DNA of 64,000 nt from Hydrolagus colliei (GCA_035084275.1 CM068748.1:3100001-3164000), one strand, 5' to 3'. Shown: positions 48,483 to 62,517, numbered from the stretch's first letter. Translations and numbers: made by a program. Notes: generated from the letters alone by a model not told the origin.

Positions 48483-51209
48483 CTAACACTAGTACAAGGT
48501 CCAGTTCTGATGGCTAATAAGATATGCACTGCAGTTTAATATCAGATGTGCTTTAGAAATGCAGGAAAGCCTCATAAATTGTGTGACAAAGTAAATTGGG
48601 TGGCTCACTATGAGTGTTACATTAATTGTTTTCTATTCTCTGTGCTCAAGCGCTAATAATATGATATTTGTAAAATATTATCGGGTTCTTTCTTTCATGT
48701 ATTCGTGTAACCTTACAGCGCCAATGTCACAAATCAAATGTTTTATCATCGTCTTCTCTTATTTTGGTGGACATTGTTTCCCTTCTTCATTTTTCGCCTT
48801 AACCTTCTCGATATGAAGACAGTAATGCATACTGAGTATGAAGACAATAACTATTCCAAGCGTCTGTTGTTTACGTAGCCAGGAAAGCGGAGGTAAGTTA
48901 TTCAACTCCAAAGACATGGTTCAAACTCAAAGTCCAGGTTCCCAGCTCTGCCAGAGAGCTGGAAAATAACTATTATCCCCTTACTTTTCTCTGATATCTG
49001 AACACAGATCAAGGTTTGAACCTGGGACCTCACTTTTTTGAACGCATACTTTAAAAAAAAGCAACATTTCTTAACTAATGGTAAAATTATCTTATTGATC
49101 TTGAACAAAATTGTATTACAAATCCCTTTTCTGTCCACACATTACATGCTTATACATGCCGGTGCGCACACACCTCAGGGTAATTTTAGTCAATTTTCAG
49201 TTGCTGCAGGATACAATGTTAAAGCTTTTGCTTTTACTGGTGTGAGAAAATAAATTTTGCATGTGATAGAGGACAGCATTGAACTGCAATCACAGGGTTT
49301 GAGTATGGGAGTATAAATCCTTTTATTACGACTTCGATATGCCATTTTAATGAAAGGAGAATGCTTGCTCTTCAATAGACAGCATCTTTTGTTGTTCAGA
49401 TGAAAAATAACATTGTTCCCATAACAGTAATGCTTTGAACCTCAATGATAAATTTCAGGCATGCCAAAAAGTACAGAACAGTTTAAGAGCTTTCCACTTA
49501 TTGTGGGCTTACAGTGAAGAAAAGCTTTTTGTGTATCACCTTTTATTCATTTTCGTTCAATAAAATTTGCCTGTGCTGGTTTCATCAATAGTTTTTCTTT
49601 ACACACACAATTCCTGTTGTAAAAGAATAGATTACTATTCTGCATTTTGACAAAAGAAGTTCATTGCTTAAAAAGCATTGATCTGAACCTGATTTATATG
49701 TGGGTGGGGTGGGGGTGGGGGTGGAGCGGGGCATGGGGTGTGATGGTAAATCCTTTACCAATAACAAGACAGCAAATTGCAGCCATGAATATTACTGATT
49801 AGTAAAATAACATTATAGTGCATTTGTTTTCATTGTTTTTGTACACATTAACATACCAGATTGTTAGAGGGGAAGCTTATTTTTCTTATTGGCAATTAAA
49901 GACTTTTTGAATCAAGTACAGTATCAAGTATCTATTTACATAAATGTCTTTTAAAAAATCTCTTAAAACACACAAAAAAGTAATGTGCTTTAATAATGAT
50001 CCCTAAATATTCAGATGAATTAACTTTGCTATTTGGGTTCACTGCGCAGATATAGTCTCATGTGGTAGCTGTTTTTTATGATGAAAGGTTTAATTACAAA
50101 TACAAATGAGTTTCTTCTGTTTCATAAAGATGAGATAAAAAATCTAATTACAAAGCTTTTTTGTTACTAGTCAAGTACAAGGCTATTTTATTGTGATCTT
50201 TTTAATATAAATTCCTTTTGCTTTGTCCATTTTCAAGTGGATCTTATTTTCCAAAAATGCTGCAAGAGAATATTTATAAATGGTAAACATCCTCGGTAGC
50301 ATAAATCCAGTCCATACTATCTATTTGACAATGCTAATATATTAAAGAATGAATAATGAACACTTATCGAGCTATTGTGACGCTCGTCAATTTTCCTACA
50401 TGTTAAATATAGACAGCATTTTAACATTCATTGTATTTATTCTATTACTTTTACTCATAGTGCTACTGACTCACTTTGTTAAGAATTTACAGATTTCCGG
50501 AAATAACTCATTCAAAATCAAACCCTTAAGGGGAACAATTCGTCACAACCATGGTGGAATAATGTATCTAATTTGGAGAGTATATATGCAGTGACAATGT
50601 ACAATGTGTATTTTTTTCCCCTGAAATTACCCCCAACATATTTCAGGCCTTGAAAAAATGTGTGTTTCCATATTGGAAATCTAAATTGGACCAAATTAAT
50701 AGTAATTTAAATATTCCATGTTATTTTGTAGGAAACATTTCCATATTTATGGTAGCATTTGAGGCAGGCAAATGTACCAATCTGCCTGCACAAGCAGTAC
50801 AATTCTCCCTGTCCGCATCTTATGTTGCAACAAGGTCCTTTTGAGATATGAAAGGAAAGCTTTTTGAATTGTAACCAAACTTCCCAATTTGGCGATAAGC
50901 TTCATATATTAAACAAGACATCGGGTGATGCCCACATGCTGAAGTAGACACAAATGCCTGTTTAAGACCTAAAGCAGATAAGATTACAAAGAGACTTTCA
51001 TATATGCGCATTGGTCCAGAAATTTGTTGTAAAATTCAAGGCGAATTTTGTGAGCTAGTTATTTTGTTCAAACAAACGTTTTTTGCAAGATTACAACCGA
51101 TTTTTAAAAAAGCAAACTTTTTTTGAAAACAAAGGTGCTATGGTAATTTACCTAAATATATACCTAAAGTCTTGCAAATATAATCCCCTAATTAGGTTGT
51201 GGCAGAATT

Positions 51210-51350
51210 GGTGTCAGCCTGACTTAGATAGATAATAGCACTCTTGTCTCTTAGTAACAATTTTGTGGGTTCAAATCCCGGGTTGGGACTTTTGAGCTTA
51301 CAGTCTTGGCTGTTACTCCAATCCAGTGTTGCGGTGATTATATCATTGTG
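51210..51350 (+). mobile_element. tRNA-derived SINE head (Deu-type, old)
   Basis: tagcactcttgtctc..tgtgggttcaaatccc (B box)..ttgagc..ggctgttactcca. Confidence 0.55.
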
Positions 51351-51564
51351 CGAGTGGATATTGTCTCTGTTTTGGTTGAACTCCCGTAAAACTGCTGGTT
51401 AGGCAGGCAGGCACAAGTCAAAGGCAATTTCAACAGATTTGGGGCAATTTGCTTGGAAAGGGCACCTCTAATATATCACTATTCCAACTTTATATCCCTT
51501 TCATCTTGTTTATTGTGGAATAAATCTATCTGGGGGTTGGTAGCTTAAAGTGTGATGGGAGCTC

Positions 51565-51776
51565 CAAACACTCTGGAACTCCCTCCCTCAATCCCTCCGC
51601 CTTGCCCCCGCCCCCTCCCCCACTTTCAAATTACAGGTATGTCTAAATTCTGATCGTGTTTAAGGTCACTGTCCCTCTTCCTCTCCCCCTGGCTCAGGGT
51701 CAGACTCCATCACTGTCAAGTTCTGCGGGTTGCTACCCCACATGAAGGGCACTATATAAATCGAAGTTGTTGTTAT
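51565..51776 (+). mobile_element. L2 3' fragment (type A)
   Basis: ctctggaactccctccctcaatccctccgccttgcc (LWNSLPQSLRLA) plus tail gggcactatataaatcgaag(TTG)n. Confidence 0.8.
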
Positions 51777-52216
51777 TCTTCTTCTTCTTCCAGACGCTTT
51801 CTGGATGCTGCTTTCTCTATTGTTTGCTGTTCACACAACTCAATTGCACTACAGGGCCAATGCTAAAAAAAATATTAAAAGCCGGGTTTCGCTTTTCCAA
51901 TGTTCATTTTATCATAATATCAACCCATGAACCTTAATCTTAATCTTCAGTTTCAGGGGCTGTCACAACATGTTAAATAACACTGCTTCTTAGAATCAAA
52001 ACCAGTTCCAGAAACAAAGTGGGAGAAACATGATTGAGCTCTTGCCAACATCATGATTCTCATCCAAATTCAGAGGAAAACCTTATCTGGATCTTTTTAG
52101 ATAAGCAGACAGACAGATAGACTAAAATGATAGTTTTTGGATAATACTGGGAGACTTGCCTTGCTCCCATCTCCATTACCCTCTCCTCCGTATTCCACTA
52201 CAAAAGGACTATGCTC

Positions 52217-52397
52217 AAATAATAATAATAATCTTTCCATTTGATATAGTGCTTTTCACGTCTTCTAGATGTTTCAAAGCGCTTCACAGAATATACTGTA
52301 AAATGAATTGACTGTATATTTGTGGGTGAAACACAGCAGCCAAGTCCGCACAGCGGTGTTGCACAAACAGTCGTGGATTGAAAATGACCAATTATCA
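52217..52397 (-). mobile_element. Young SINE 3' half
   Basis: Near-consensus reverse complement, including cacgtcttctagatgtttcaaagcgcttcacag. Confidence 0.9.
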
Positions 52398-53857
52398 CAT
52401 TAAAAGAAAATTCTCCCGAAAAAGGAGAAACTGAAAGTGTTTTGAATCATCAGTGATAAAAGGTTTACCAATAAAGTATCTGTATATTAAATTATGTACT
52501 AATGGTGTTTGTTCTGATATGTTAAAAAAAAGGTGTCCTTTATAACAGACTCAAAGAAGAACAGAATATCCTTTCAGTCTTTACCAATTTTTATGGTTTA
52601 AGGGTACAGTTTATAAGGTCATTTGGTGGCATTTTCGAATATCTAATTGGAGCTTTTTTGCATATTGTCAGAACGCACTCAATTAACAACCTATATATGA
52701 AATCCAATCACGTTTTAATATCTTAAATTTTACAGCATCCTAAGAAAACCAATTGTTTTCATGATCCTTTTCTCAGCTCATTACTGTAATAAAATGCATA
52801 TTGGGAAATGATTTGGAAGCATTTATCAGTGTGAAACAATGTAGGAGAGATTGGAGGTGGGGGCGTGCGGGTTGTGAGGTCACGCAAGACTCAGTCAGAT
52901 TAGGTTACCACATTATGTTATTGCTGTAGAAGTCTGGCAAACACAAAGATAAATGGGACATACAGCCTAGATATATGGAACAACTGGAGGAGTTCCAATG
53001 TGTCAGGTCTGTTCTGTATGCGATTTGGGAGTGCATTAAAATAAATTCTGGCACAGTTTACTCAAAGAGCGTTCTTATTTACAATCCTTCTAAAGTGTTT
53101 TATCAGGAAACCAGGTTAGTGTGGTGGGGGGGCGAGGAGTGAGTTGTGGAAATACCTGAATTAGAAAGAAATCTCGACTTTTTAAAAAAAACGCAGCACA
53201 TTTTGGCCCTTTGTATTTTCAAGAAAGATTATACTTACACTGCTGGAAACCTGCCAATCCAACGCAGGCCATATTTCAGACTGAGTGGATCTGCTCTCTG
53301 ATATGCATCACTGAAATGGGTGTTGTGTAATTTGAGTGCCCCTTGCTTGATAAATACTTGAACCCACTTTCTTTTGCAAGGCCACCATAATCAATCTAAG
53401 CTTCGGTTTACGATGCAGAAAATAATGTGCACAAATAATGGCTAAAAGATGGTGGGTACTGGTCTCATCATTGGTGGTAGGTCTGTTAGCATTCAATCTA
53501 ATTTAATTATCCCTGCTCCACTTCATGGCATTGAAAATAAAACCCACGACTAGCGTATATCAGAAGCTGTTGAAGCCATTTTTGAAGAATGTTGTCAGTG
53601 GACAATAATGTTGTGACTGCTCGAGAGGGAGAATGGTTGGAATTTATTTTGTGTGGATTTGCATTTTGTCTTTAATGGTATATTGAAATTGGGCAGAACA
53701 GCTGGAGCCCTGTCTCACCAAGGACAAGATGCAAGGTCACAATCCACAGAGAGGTGTACAGGGTGATGATACTGTGGTCTAGCTAAAGATATGTGTAAAC
53801 ACGGTTATTTGGAACTTTTTGGTTCCTGGTTTAACTGGATTTACCTGCTGTGAATAA

Positions 53858-54175
53858 GTGTCAATTGGCTGCCACGCTTCTCCCATAAAAACTCACAGTC
53901 ACTACACTTTACAGTACTGCCTGTACTGCCTTCCACCACCGACGTAACATGGCCAGACTCCGCTACTGCCTCACCCCTCAGGCTGCCGAAACCCTTGTCC
54001 ACACATTCATCGCATCAAGGCGCGACTATGGAAACTCCCTCCTCGTTGGCATTCCCGCCTCTTCCCTTTACAAGCTGCAGATCATCCAGAACAGAGGCGC
54101 TATACTAATGTAATTTTGTTGTTGTTGTTGTGATAAGGTGCTATATCAAATGCAAAGATTATTATTATTATGATT
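53858..54175 (+). mobile_element. Young SINE interrupted by an internally deleted L2 (53925-54130)
   Basis: Insert reads TAFHHRRNMARLRYCLTPQAAETLVHTFIASRRDYGNSLLVGIPASSLYKLQIIQN, then a (TTG)n tail; the SINE tail resumes at ~54130. Confidence 0.85.
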
Positions 54176-56339
54176 ATATTCAACAAACAAACTGGCTAGC
54201 AGAATCCCAGCCGGAAACAGCCAGACACTCTTCAGACTTTTCCCACTTCAGGAATTGTGATTCGTAAACCAGAAGCCGCAAGCTAAAAGTTAACAGTTTA
54301 CGCAACAAATCTGGTTTCCAAACGCCGTAAAGTGGACTCCAATTCAGAATAGCAACTGATGTCTCAATGTCCGTCTGCAAACTGTGCGTCTATCTCATGG
54401 CTAGTCGACTGCCTTGTCACTCGGATCATATTAAGTTTACACATCAATATAGAGTATAAATAGGAGACAAAGTAAAATACACATTCCAGTTATGTGATAG
54501 AAGCTTCAAGGTGGCTGTCTGCATTTCTGGTTTATTCAATAATACAGCAAGAGCAAAAAAAATATCACTACTGCCACACTGTATAGCCTCTGGCATCTTC
54601 TTTCATTCCCATTTGTATTCCTTCTCAGTCCTGAACTCCCACTACCTGGATCAGATGCGTATGATTGTCTCTGGAGTTCAGAAGACACTTCTGGGTGATG
54701 ATAAACAACTTTGGAAGATAACACAAGGCAAGCATCTCCCGAAGAGGATGTAACTTTGCAGTACATATAACCAGATGTGAATTTGCAATGGTGTAATCTG
54801 TGGGGAATTGCACATGTGAAAAAAAATGCTGAATGCAGAAAAATAAACTGCTCTCTAGTGGCTGTATCTTTTATGCCCTTGTCGTGACCTATAAAGCCTC
54901 AATAAACTTCACATATCACGAAGGAAAGCAACAGTGATGTGTAATGTGATAAATATCAATGATAATTATCTCATTCATTACATATAATATTGTCTCCCCA
55001 CCAACCCCCACCCCCCCATCCCCCTCCACCCCCACCCAGTGTGAGCAGAGAGCAATCACGCAGACCTATAGATAGTATAAAAATTGGGAAATATGTTAAT
55101 TTTGTTTTCTTAAGTTCATGTCAAGTTCAGGTTAGATGTCTGAGAATTATTAAACTTTTTTCTTTCTGCTGATCTAACCCAATGTCAAATGTTATTGTCC
55201 TTTGGCTGTCATGCTATAGTGTTATACAGCAGAGCTACACACACACACATACACACACAGAGATGAACTTGGTCATAGTATTGGTGAGCCACCAGGGACT
55301 TTAGTGATCAGAAAAACAAAGGAGCTGAAGGTAAGTGATGGTCAGTTTGGCAGAGATGCTTTAAAGTGTTAATGTTCTGATTCTAGCCAACATTAATAGC
55401 TAAAACCTCAACCCAAATGAAGTGCCAGTACTACTGTACATTGCAAAGATATGCTATGCCATTGGATGGCGTATTCTAAGCAAAATGAAGTACTGCTGGC
55501 TTGTGTTACAATGCTACTTTGTGTGCAAATAACAGGAATTTGCACATGGTTGGATGTCAATTGTCTCAGATCAATATATTTTCCATCTTTCAACTATGTC
55601 CATTCAATAGAAATGCCAGTGGAGAATTAATTGTGGGTCATGCATGTGATCAAGGGAGGTATTTTTTTTTGTAGTGTAGTTTTAGCTCTCTGTGTGTTTG
55701 AGCATGCTCTACATAAAGTCCGGTGATGAATCACAATGACTATTGTGTACTTCAAGGGGGAGAAAAAATGACTTCAGCGCCATTTGCTGACTGATGCAGT
55801 AGGAGGGGTCATGTTTACACTTGACCTCCTCGTGAACTCATTTCATTTAGGATCTACATTGGCTCAGCTGAAAATATGCTATTCATCACAATAGTCATAG
55901 CATGAATGCACAGAATGAAATTACCCAGTTTCAGCAAGTACACGTAACGATTACCTAATATTACCAAATATAGGAAATTTAATACTGTTTCAGGAACAGG
56001 AGAGAGTGTGAGCACCACCCAAATATAATTATAATGGGTTTATTTTTCAGCATGTGCATGTCTCTGGCTCCAAAAAAAACCAGTTTGAAGTTGCCCCTCA
56101 TTTTCGCAAACACTTTTTGCAAACAATTTTCTCTGCCCTTCATGCAGTTGATTAATTCAATTTCTCCGTTGATGATGCAAAAAAAGCGTCCTGAAATGTC
56201 ACCTCATCTAATCATTTAAGACCATTAAGATTTAAGATTGCCAGACCTGTAAAAAAAAATCTTGAATTGAGTTTTTATTCGGAAACTAGTTTTCTTCAAC
56301 TTTTTAAAAACAAACCAGCTTCTAAATTAATATTGAATA

Positions 56340-56645
56340 AAATAAAAATAATAATAAAAATCCCTGCATCTGATGTAGCGCCTATCACATTGGGAGGATA
56401 TCTTAAAGTGATTCACAGGATTTTACTAAGTGTTGTTTCTGTGTATTTTGTAGGCCAACGCAACAGCCAATCTTACATACAGCAATGTCATTCCAAGAGT
56501 CAGGAAGTGAATGACTGATCTTTATCTGGGGGATTATTGGCCAAGACACCATGAGAAATTCTCTTTTCTTTTCAAAGAATGCCATGGGATCTTTAAATAG
56601 CACCCGAATAGGCAGATACGACCTCAGTTTAATGTCTTATTTGAA
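56340..56645 (-). mobile_element. Deu-domain SINE (older)
   Basis: Minus strand: aagacattaaactgaggtc..aaagatcccatggcattctttgaaaag..ggtgtcttggccaat (Deu core) plus L2-type tail. Confidence 0.75.
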
Positions 56646-57004
56646 TTTTAAAATATTCATTAATTCTGTATGATCTTAAAATTTTAAATTTCACACGCTA
56701 AGCACGACTAGGTGAAATTCTGGACCATAGATTTGGATCTACAATTGTTTTCTGTAAGCATTCTGGTGTAATTAAAAGCTTCAAGTTTGTTTTAGATTAA
56801 AAAACAACTACTACAGTAAATGTTACCATCTGGTTTCTCTCAATCACTAAAGAGTCCTCCCAATTACACAAGGTACTCATGTTACTTTTCATCTGTACCA
56901 AGCAATCGCAAATAAGAGCTGGGAATTCTGATTTCTTTTGTGTATTAATTTGCCATAGTTGGTGACTATTACTGTTTGATGATGTGGAGAAAGAAGGGGT
57001 AAAA

Positions 57005-57160
57005 TCTTAATCCTGCAAGGGATTTTACTAATTGTTGTAATTCTGTACTGCATAGGTCAACGAGACTTTTGCACACAGCAATGCCATTCAAAGAGTCAGG
57101 AAGTGAATGACTGATTTTATCTGGAGCATTGTTACATCACTGTTGTTTTGAAAAGTGCCC
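57005..57160 (-). mobile_element. Partial duplicate of the 56.4k SINE
   Basis: Exact 25-mer aagagtcaggaagtgaatgactgat shared with 56495-56519. Confidence 0.65.
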
Positions 57161-58384
57161 AATGTTTCAGTGAACAGATAATCTGCGATGCCACATTTTG
57201 CTAGAATTCTTATTATGATTTCCCACACTAGAAAGCCGCGTTTCAATCATTGCAGACATTTTACGACCTTTGCAGACTCAAATAAAGGGAAACTGGATGG
57301 TGAATGGGATTGATTCTTAACACTTCATAAGTTTATCTTGGATGCTTCAAGTGGTGTAAAGTTTGGAGTGATGTGGAAGCGAATGTGTTAACAGTGGAAT
57401 AGAATTCTCTGAAATCTTGGTTGAAATGGAAGTGTGATGTGTTCATGCTTGTTAAGACTTGTAACCATTGATGAATTGGCCCAGTCTTTACTCTAAGGAA
57501 TGTGTTGGTTTTGATAACATCTCTGTGAATTTCATCTTGAATGTCTATCTGATGACTTCCAGTTTTGCTGGCTTCTCTGTACACTTAAGCAATGGTGATG
57601 CATTTCCATGAATGTCAGAGTGGCCAAAAATAAACACACTCAAAGAGGAATATGGTACTACTACAGCCCCCAAAATTATCCAAACTCCATCCAGACGCCT
57701 TTACTCCAATATTATTTGGAGTCAATGGCTGACCGAACAAAAATCTCTGCAACGCTGCCCACGCTGACTATGGCGTTCCATGCTGAACCAAGCCATATCA
57801 AAACATAGGGATGACTTAATTCTGTCATTTCATTGCTGAGTATAGCACCTCATAGTCAACTGAGCTCCTAGGGAGACCTCACCTACCTCCCTGCAAAGGA
57901 GCAGTATAACAAACATTGATGAACCAGACATTTAATAACGAGGACCTTTGGTATACTTTATCAGCTGAACTAAACTTGATATAACCTACAGTACAATCCA
58001 TATGTTTGCATTCTGTATCCTTCACAATGTTGCCCGTAATTATGGTTGAGCTTCCAGAAGTCAGATTAATATATCCAGTCTGCTGGAATGCACATGATTG
58101 CCTTGTCTGCAGAAATTTTCCCGAGGAAGGCATGGAAATAAATGTTGATCTTATTCAGCAGCATGTCTCACAAATTCCTTTCAAATTGATTTTTCTTCCC
58201 CTCATAACTGCAGATGTTTTCCAGATTGTCCCTCGCCTTGTCCCTCACTTCCCCTCAGGCCATAAATGTTAACGTTAAAAGTGGGAGACACTATTTGTTG
58301 ATGAGTGGCTCAGTGGTCACCAGGATTGAAAGGTGCTGGTTAATTCACAGACTGGAGATTGGCAAATTCACATTAAGTGAAATA

Positions 58385-58492
58385 GTTTTTGCACACAAGT
58401 CAATTCACTTCACAGTATATTCTATGAAGCACTTTGAGACATCTCGAAGACATGATAAGCTGCCGTATCGGATGCAAAGATTATTATTATTA
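58385..58492 (+). mobile_element. Young SINE 3' fragment
   Basis: gtcaattcacttcacagtatattctatgaagcactttgagac..(TTA)n. Confidence 0.85.
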
Positions 58493-59124
58493 AGATCTTT
58501 CCTTCCATCTTCAACTCGGGCAAAGGTTTCCTTCCCCCCAATGCTAAAAGAGAATACCTCTGTGGAAGTGGCAGACATAGAAGAAAAGAGAGGGGGATCA
58601 CAGTGTTCTGACTCAATCAACAGAGGTGCTCAATCTCTCCAGTCCTGTTGCTCAAAGTTCAATCACAAATTAATACTTTCAAACCAATTTAGGTTGAATC
58701 CTGAATGGCTGCTTCCAATCAAAATGTACCTCGTCACACCCTCCTCTTAATGTAAACCAAATTGATGGTGGGGAGGGGCTGGGGTGGGTGAGGGAGTGCG
58801 ATATATACTCCAAGGGAATCTGAAAGGTGTAGATTTTACCACATGTCACATTTAGCAAATCAACCTGGAGACCGCTTACCGATCTAGAAAGCATCTTTGA
58901 TTCTTAGTGTTGGTGAGGCGCTAAATTGTAAGCCATTTTCCTGCATTTCTTAAAAAAATATTGAATTAAGGGGGAATTTGAGACACAATTTGCCACAATT
59001 TTAAATAATAAGCCAAATATGGTCTCCTTCTGATCACCACCCATTCCTTCTGTGCATATGCATGGAGGTCAGCTAGTAGTAAGACCAAGGATACACCTCA
59101 TAGTTAAATAGTATTATAAATATT

Positions 59125-59325
59125 AAAATAATAAATTGTTTGTTTCAATACACAACTGTTTGTGGTACACTGCTGTGCGTAATTGGCTGCCACTTTCACC
59201 CACAAATACACAGTCAATTCACTTTATTGTGAATATTCTGTGAAGCGCTTTGAGATGTCTAGAAGACTTGAAAAGTGCTATGTCAAATGTAATGTATCAA
59301 ATGTAAGGATTATCATTGTTATTAT
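59125..59325 (+). mobile_element. Young SINE 3' half
   Basis: ctgtttgtggtacactgctgtgcgtaattggctgcc..gaagcgctttgagatgtctagaagac. Confidence 0.9.
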
Positions 59326-59876
59326 TGTAGAGCACCTACCTGTGATATTATCATTCTTTTTTTCAACTAAATCCAACTGCTGTTAACTCATTCATCAAGT
59401 AAAAGAACTGCCTTTTATCATACTCTGAATTGAAATCCTGGGTCTAGCTGAATAACTAAAAGCAAATGTGGCCTGACAAGCACTGGTATGAAATTCTGTT
59501 AACATCCTAAAGCCATGTAGTTTGTAAAAAAAAAATTACTGTGGTTTATTTCCAAATGTTTATATTTATTTCAACTGTAGCTGTCCAATGTTTAAAATGG
59601 GAACATTGCAGCATCGGAAATGAAACTAATGGACTCGTGGGTTTCTCTTTCGAGAAGTGCGTTCCTGTTCAACATTACAGAAATGTCTCCATTCATTGTA
59701 CCATCTGTCCCTCTCTCAACATTTTGAATAGTTTGGCTTACCCCGGGCTGAAGATCACCTGAGCATCAGAAAATGAGTCTACTGCTGTCAGTGGAACACA
59801 TTGAGATCCCAGCTGCTCTCCCGCTGCCCGATTTAATGAGGTTCCTGAAGTAAGTGGACAAGTGTTCTTTCTCTTG

Positions 59877-59890
59877 GTAACTATGGCAAC
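59877..59890. promoter_or_regulatory. RFX X-box-like site in a motif-dense unique segment
   Basis: GTAACTATGGCAAC. Confidence 0.35.
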
Positions 59891-60133
59891 AGATCGGGCG
59901 CTCCGAGCAGGTGTCACCAGTGTTTCAATCACAGTGAATCAGCTCTTGGCCCATCATCTGGATGAGACGTTGTACAAAACAGTGTACTGTGAACCCACAC
60001 TCAGCTCACACCAAAAGACTCAAGTCTCCTTTTTGAACGTCACCCTGAGGCAAACTAACGCTTGAAAGTGCATCTGCACCTTCCGCTAAATTAACCCAGT
60101 TACTCAGAGTGTGCTCGAGAGTGGCTAAATAAA

Positions 60134-60232
60134 CAATAATAATAATAATCCTTACATTTGATATGGTCTACATCTACGTTTGATATCAGGTCTTCAAGAT
60201 GTCTGAACTTGCTGTATATTTCGTGGGTGAAT
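60134..60232 (-). mobile_element. Young SINE tail fragment
   Basis: (TAA)n ccttacatttgatat..ctgtatatttcgtgggtgaa. Confidence 0.7.
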
Positions 60233-62517
60233 ATTTTGGGAATGGGAGATAAAACCTGGAGGATTGCAAATACAACACTGAAAACATCCAAACCAGCTTC
60301 AGTGCTGCACTTCAGATACCACCTATATCTTAGTCCATTCTTCACACGTGATCCCACACAATGCGGCTGTCTATGTGCGCGCATTTCACTGGAATGCAAT
60401 TTGAAGTGGAAGCAAGAGATGCTAGCCCAGCGGGCACTAAGACCATCGAGACCAGGGTGGTCCAAGTAGCAGCCCGTAGGCCACGTTCGGCCCTCAGACT
60501 AATTTCATCCTCACCGCCCCCCACACCTCCCCACACCCACCGCCCGCTGCCCATCATCACCCCCACCTCATCCATAACCAGGAATGTTCTGTTCACTTTC
60601 TAGAAGGAAAACACAAAACCATTGCTCTTGTGGTCTGCGGACATTTCTTAAATAGGACATCTGGACCTCAACAGCCAAAAGGTTGGACCCTCATGATCTA
60701 GGTTATGCCTAGTCAAGGCTGGGATATACATTACCTTTCCTGTGGCTCAGCACACAGATCAGTGTCTAGATTACTTTATAGCACTTAAAAGATCAAGTAC
60801 ATGTAGGCTTTTTTTTCCCTTTCTGGAACAGTAATTATTTATTAACATGTATGTACTGTATCTCCAATAAGCCTAAACACATTTCAGTCAGATTGCAACA
60901 GTTTAATTAAAATGATTTTTTACAGAGATATATCACAATCTTTCCGATCTGTCCGAATCCACAATTGATGAAGGCATGTTAGCTGAATTGCACGATTTTA
61001 CTATTGAAAAGGAGAAATTACTGTTATCTAAACCCCCTTAGGTCTTATTAATATTCATAAAATTAGCCAAACCGTTATGATTAGGGTGTAATATCCACAG
61101 AACTACCGAACAATCATCATTTCTTATGACATGCATTTTGATGAGAAAATTACAGAAAAGCAATAACATTAAAATTAAATATTTCCAAAAGGAAATGTTA
61201 TGTGTTGGACTTCATAATTATACTTGTGCATAAATCTCAGCCTCATTTTTTTGACCTTTAATGCCAGTGAACCATCTTGTTTGAATGCAAAATGGATTCA
61301 TTAATTAGCTAACAACATTTAGAAGGAACACCAAATTGAGATACAATGTATAGATGGACATACCCACAGTAATGGATGTCCGCAGTAATATCAAAAGGTC
61401 TCAAATTCTGCCCAGTATTTATCTTTTCTTTGTGGGAAGGAAGAGCCGTATGCGATCAGACCAGGAATAAATAACCCATGGATCTCAAGGAAACAATTTT
61501 CCCCTGAATGAATAACCAACGTTCACAAGTTCAAATATAGCATCAATAATTAAACAGTCAGCCTTCCCATGTATGAAAACTCCAGCATTCATAAAACTAC
61601 CGACATGGTAGTTTAGAATAACACATTAGAAGAATTTATCTGATAAAATCTTTCGTATTTAGTTGGGGGCAGATTTGCATTGCTACTTATTCTGCCACCA
61701 GCAGTAACAAATTAAGACATGCAACAACCTTAAGATTATTTGAAAGGTCTTTGATAACAACGTAATAAAATGATCCCAAACTGGACCTGTGCGCAATGCT
61801 ATCCTACTGAGAACCTGAAATAGCACACCGCAATTTCAAAAAAGTTTTTAAGATATCGCAAGAAGGAGAGACTGAATAGGAACAGCAGACTTGGGTGTGA
61901 TGTTGCAAAACTGTGGGTGATCTGGGAGGCTGGCAGATTTGACCTTTGCTCTCTGTCTGTCTATCACTCAGCTCATCCTCAATATGGCAAAATAGTGCCT
62001 ATGCATGTTCATTGTCCGTTTGCCACAAAATAGTGAAACAGAAGAGCTCTCCAGCTGGACAAAACACCCACAAAAAAAGGATAAGACGAATCGCCACCAA
62101 TGTTTATGACCCCAAAGCACCCGAGAATTTTCCTAATGCTCAAATCAGAGGTCAAAGAGGTTGCCAAACATGTAGACTTTTAAAGGTGTGCTTTGCGTAT
62201 CCAGCTTAAAGTGCAATAATGAAACAAAACAGAACAGCCTGAATTGTTACCATAGTGATGCTGACAATTGTACGCTATCCAAGATTGTGCCAGAATGAAA
62301 GTCGGGCGCAAATTTGAAGAGTTTCACAGAGCTTTCCTGTGAGAAGCGAACCTCTTCACTCTTCAAATCAAAACAGGTTTATTGCACATTTTCCCGCATT
62401 AATGCAAGTCGTTCCAGCTTGAGTTGTTGAAGTCAGAACTTTTGTTTAAATCTAGCAATCGCTTCCTTTCAAGTGCAGACTCGGATGTGATGTTATTCCT
62501 GTCCTATTTATACAGTC

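Noticed and set aside
55261-55330. Open frame DELGHSIGEPPGTLVIRKTKELK ending at a strong AAG|GTAAGT donor
   Set aside because: The acceptor lies in a CA repeat with no polypyrimidine tract; no protein match recalled
58214-58750. 178-aa plus-strand ORF
   Set aside because: Crosses a SINE tail (58385-58492); no domain signal
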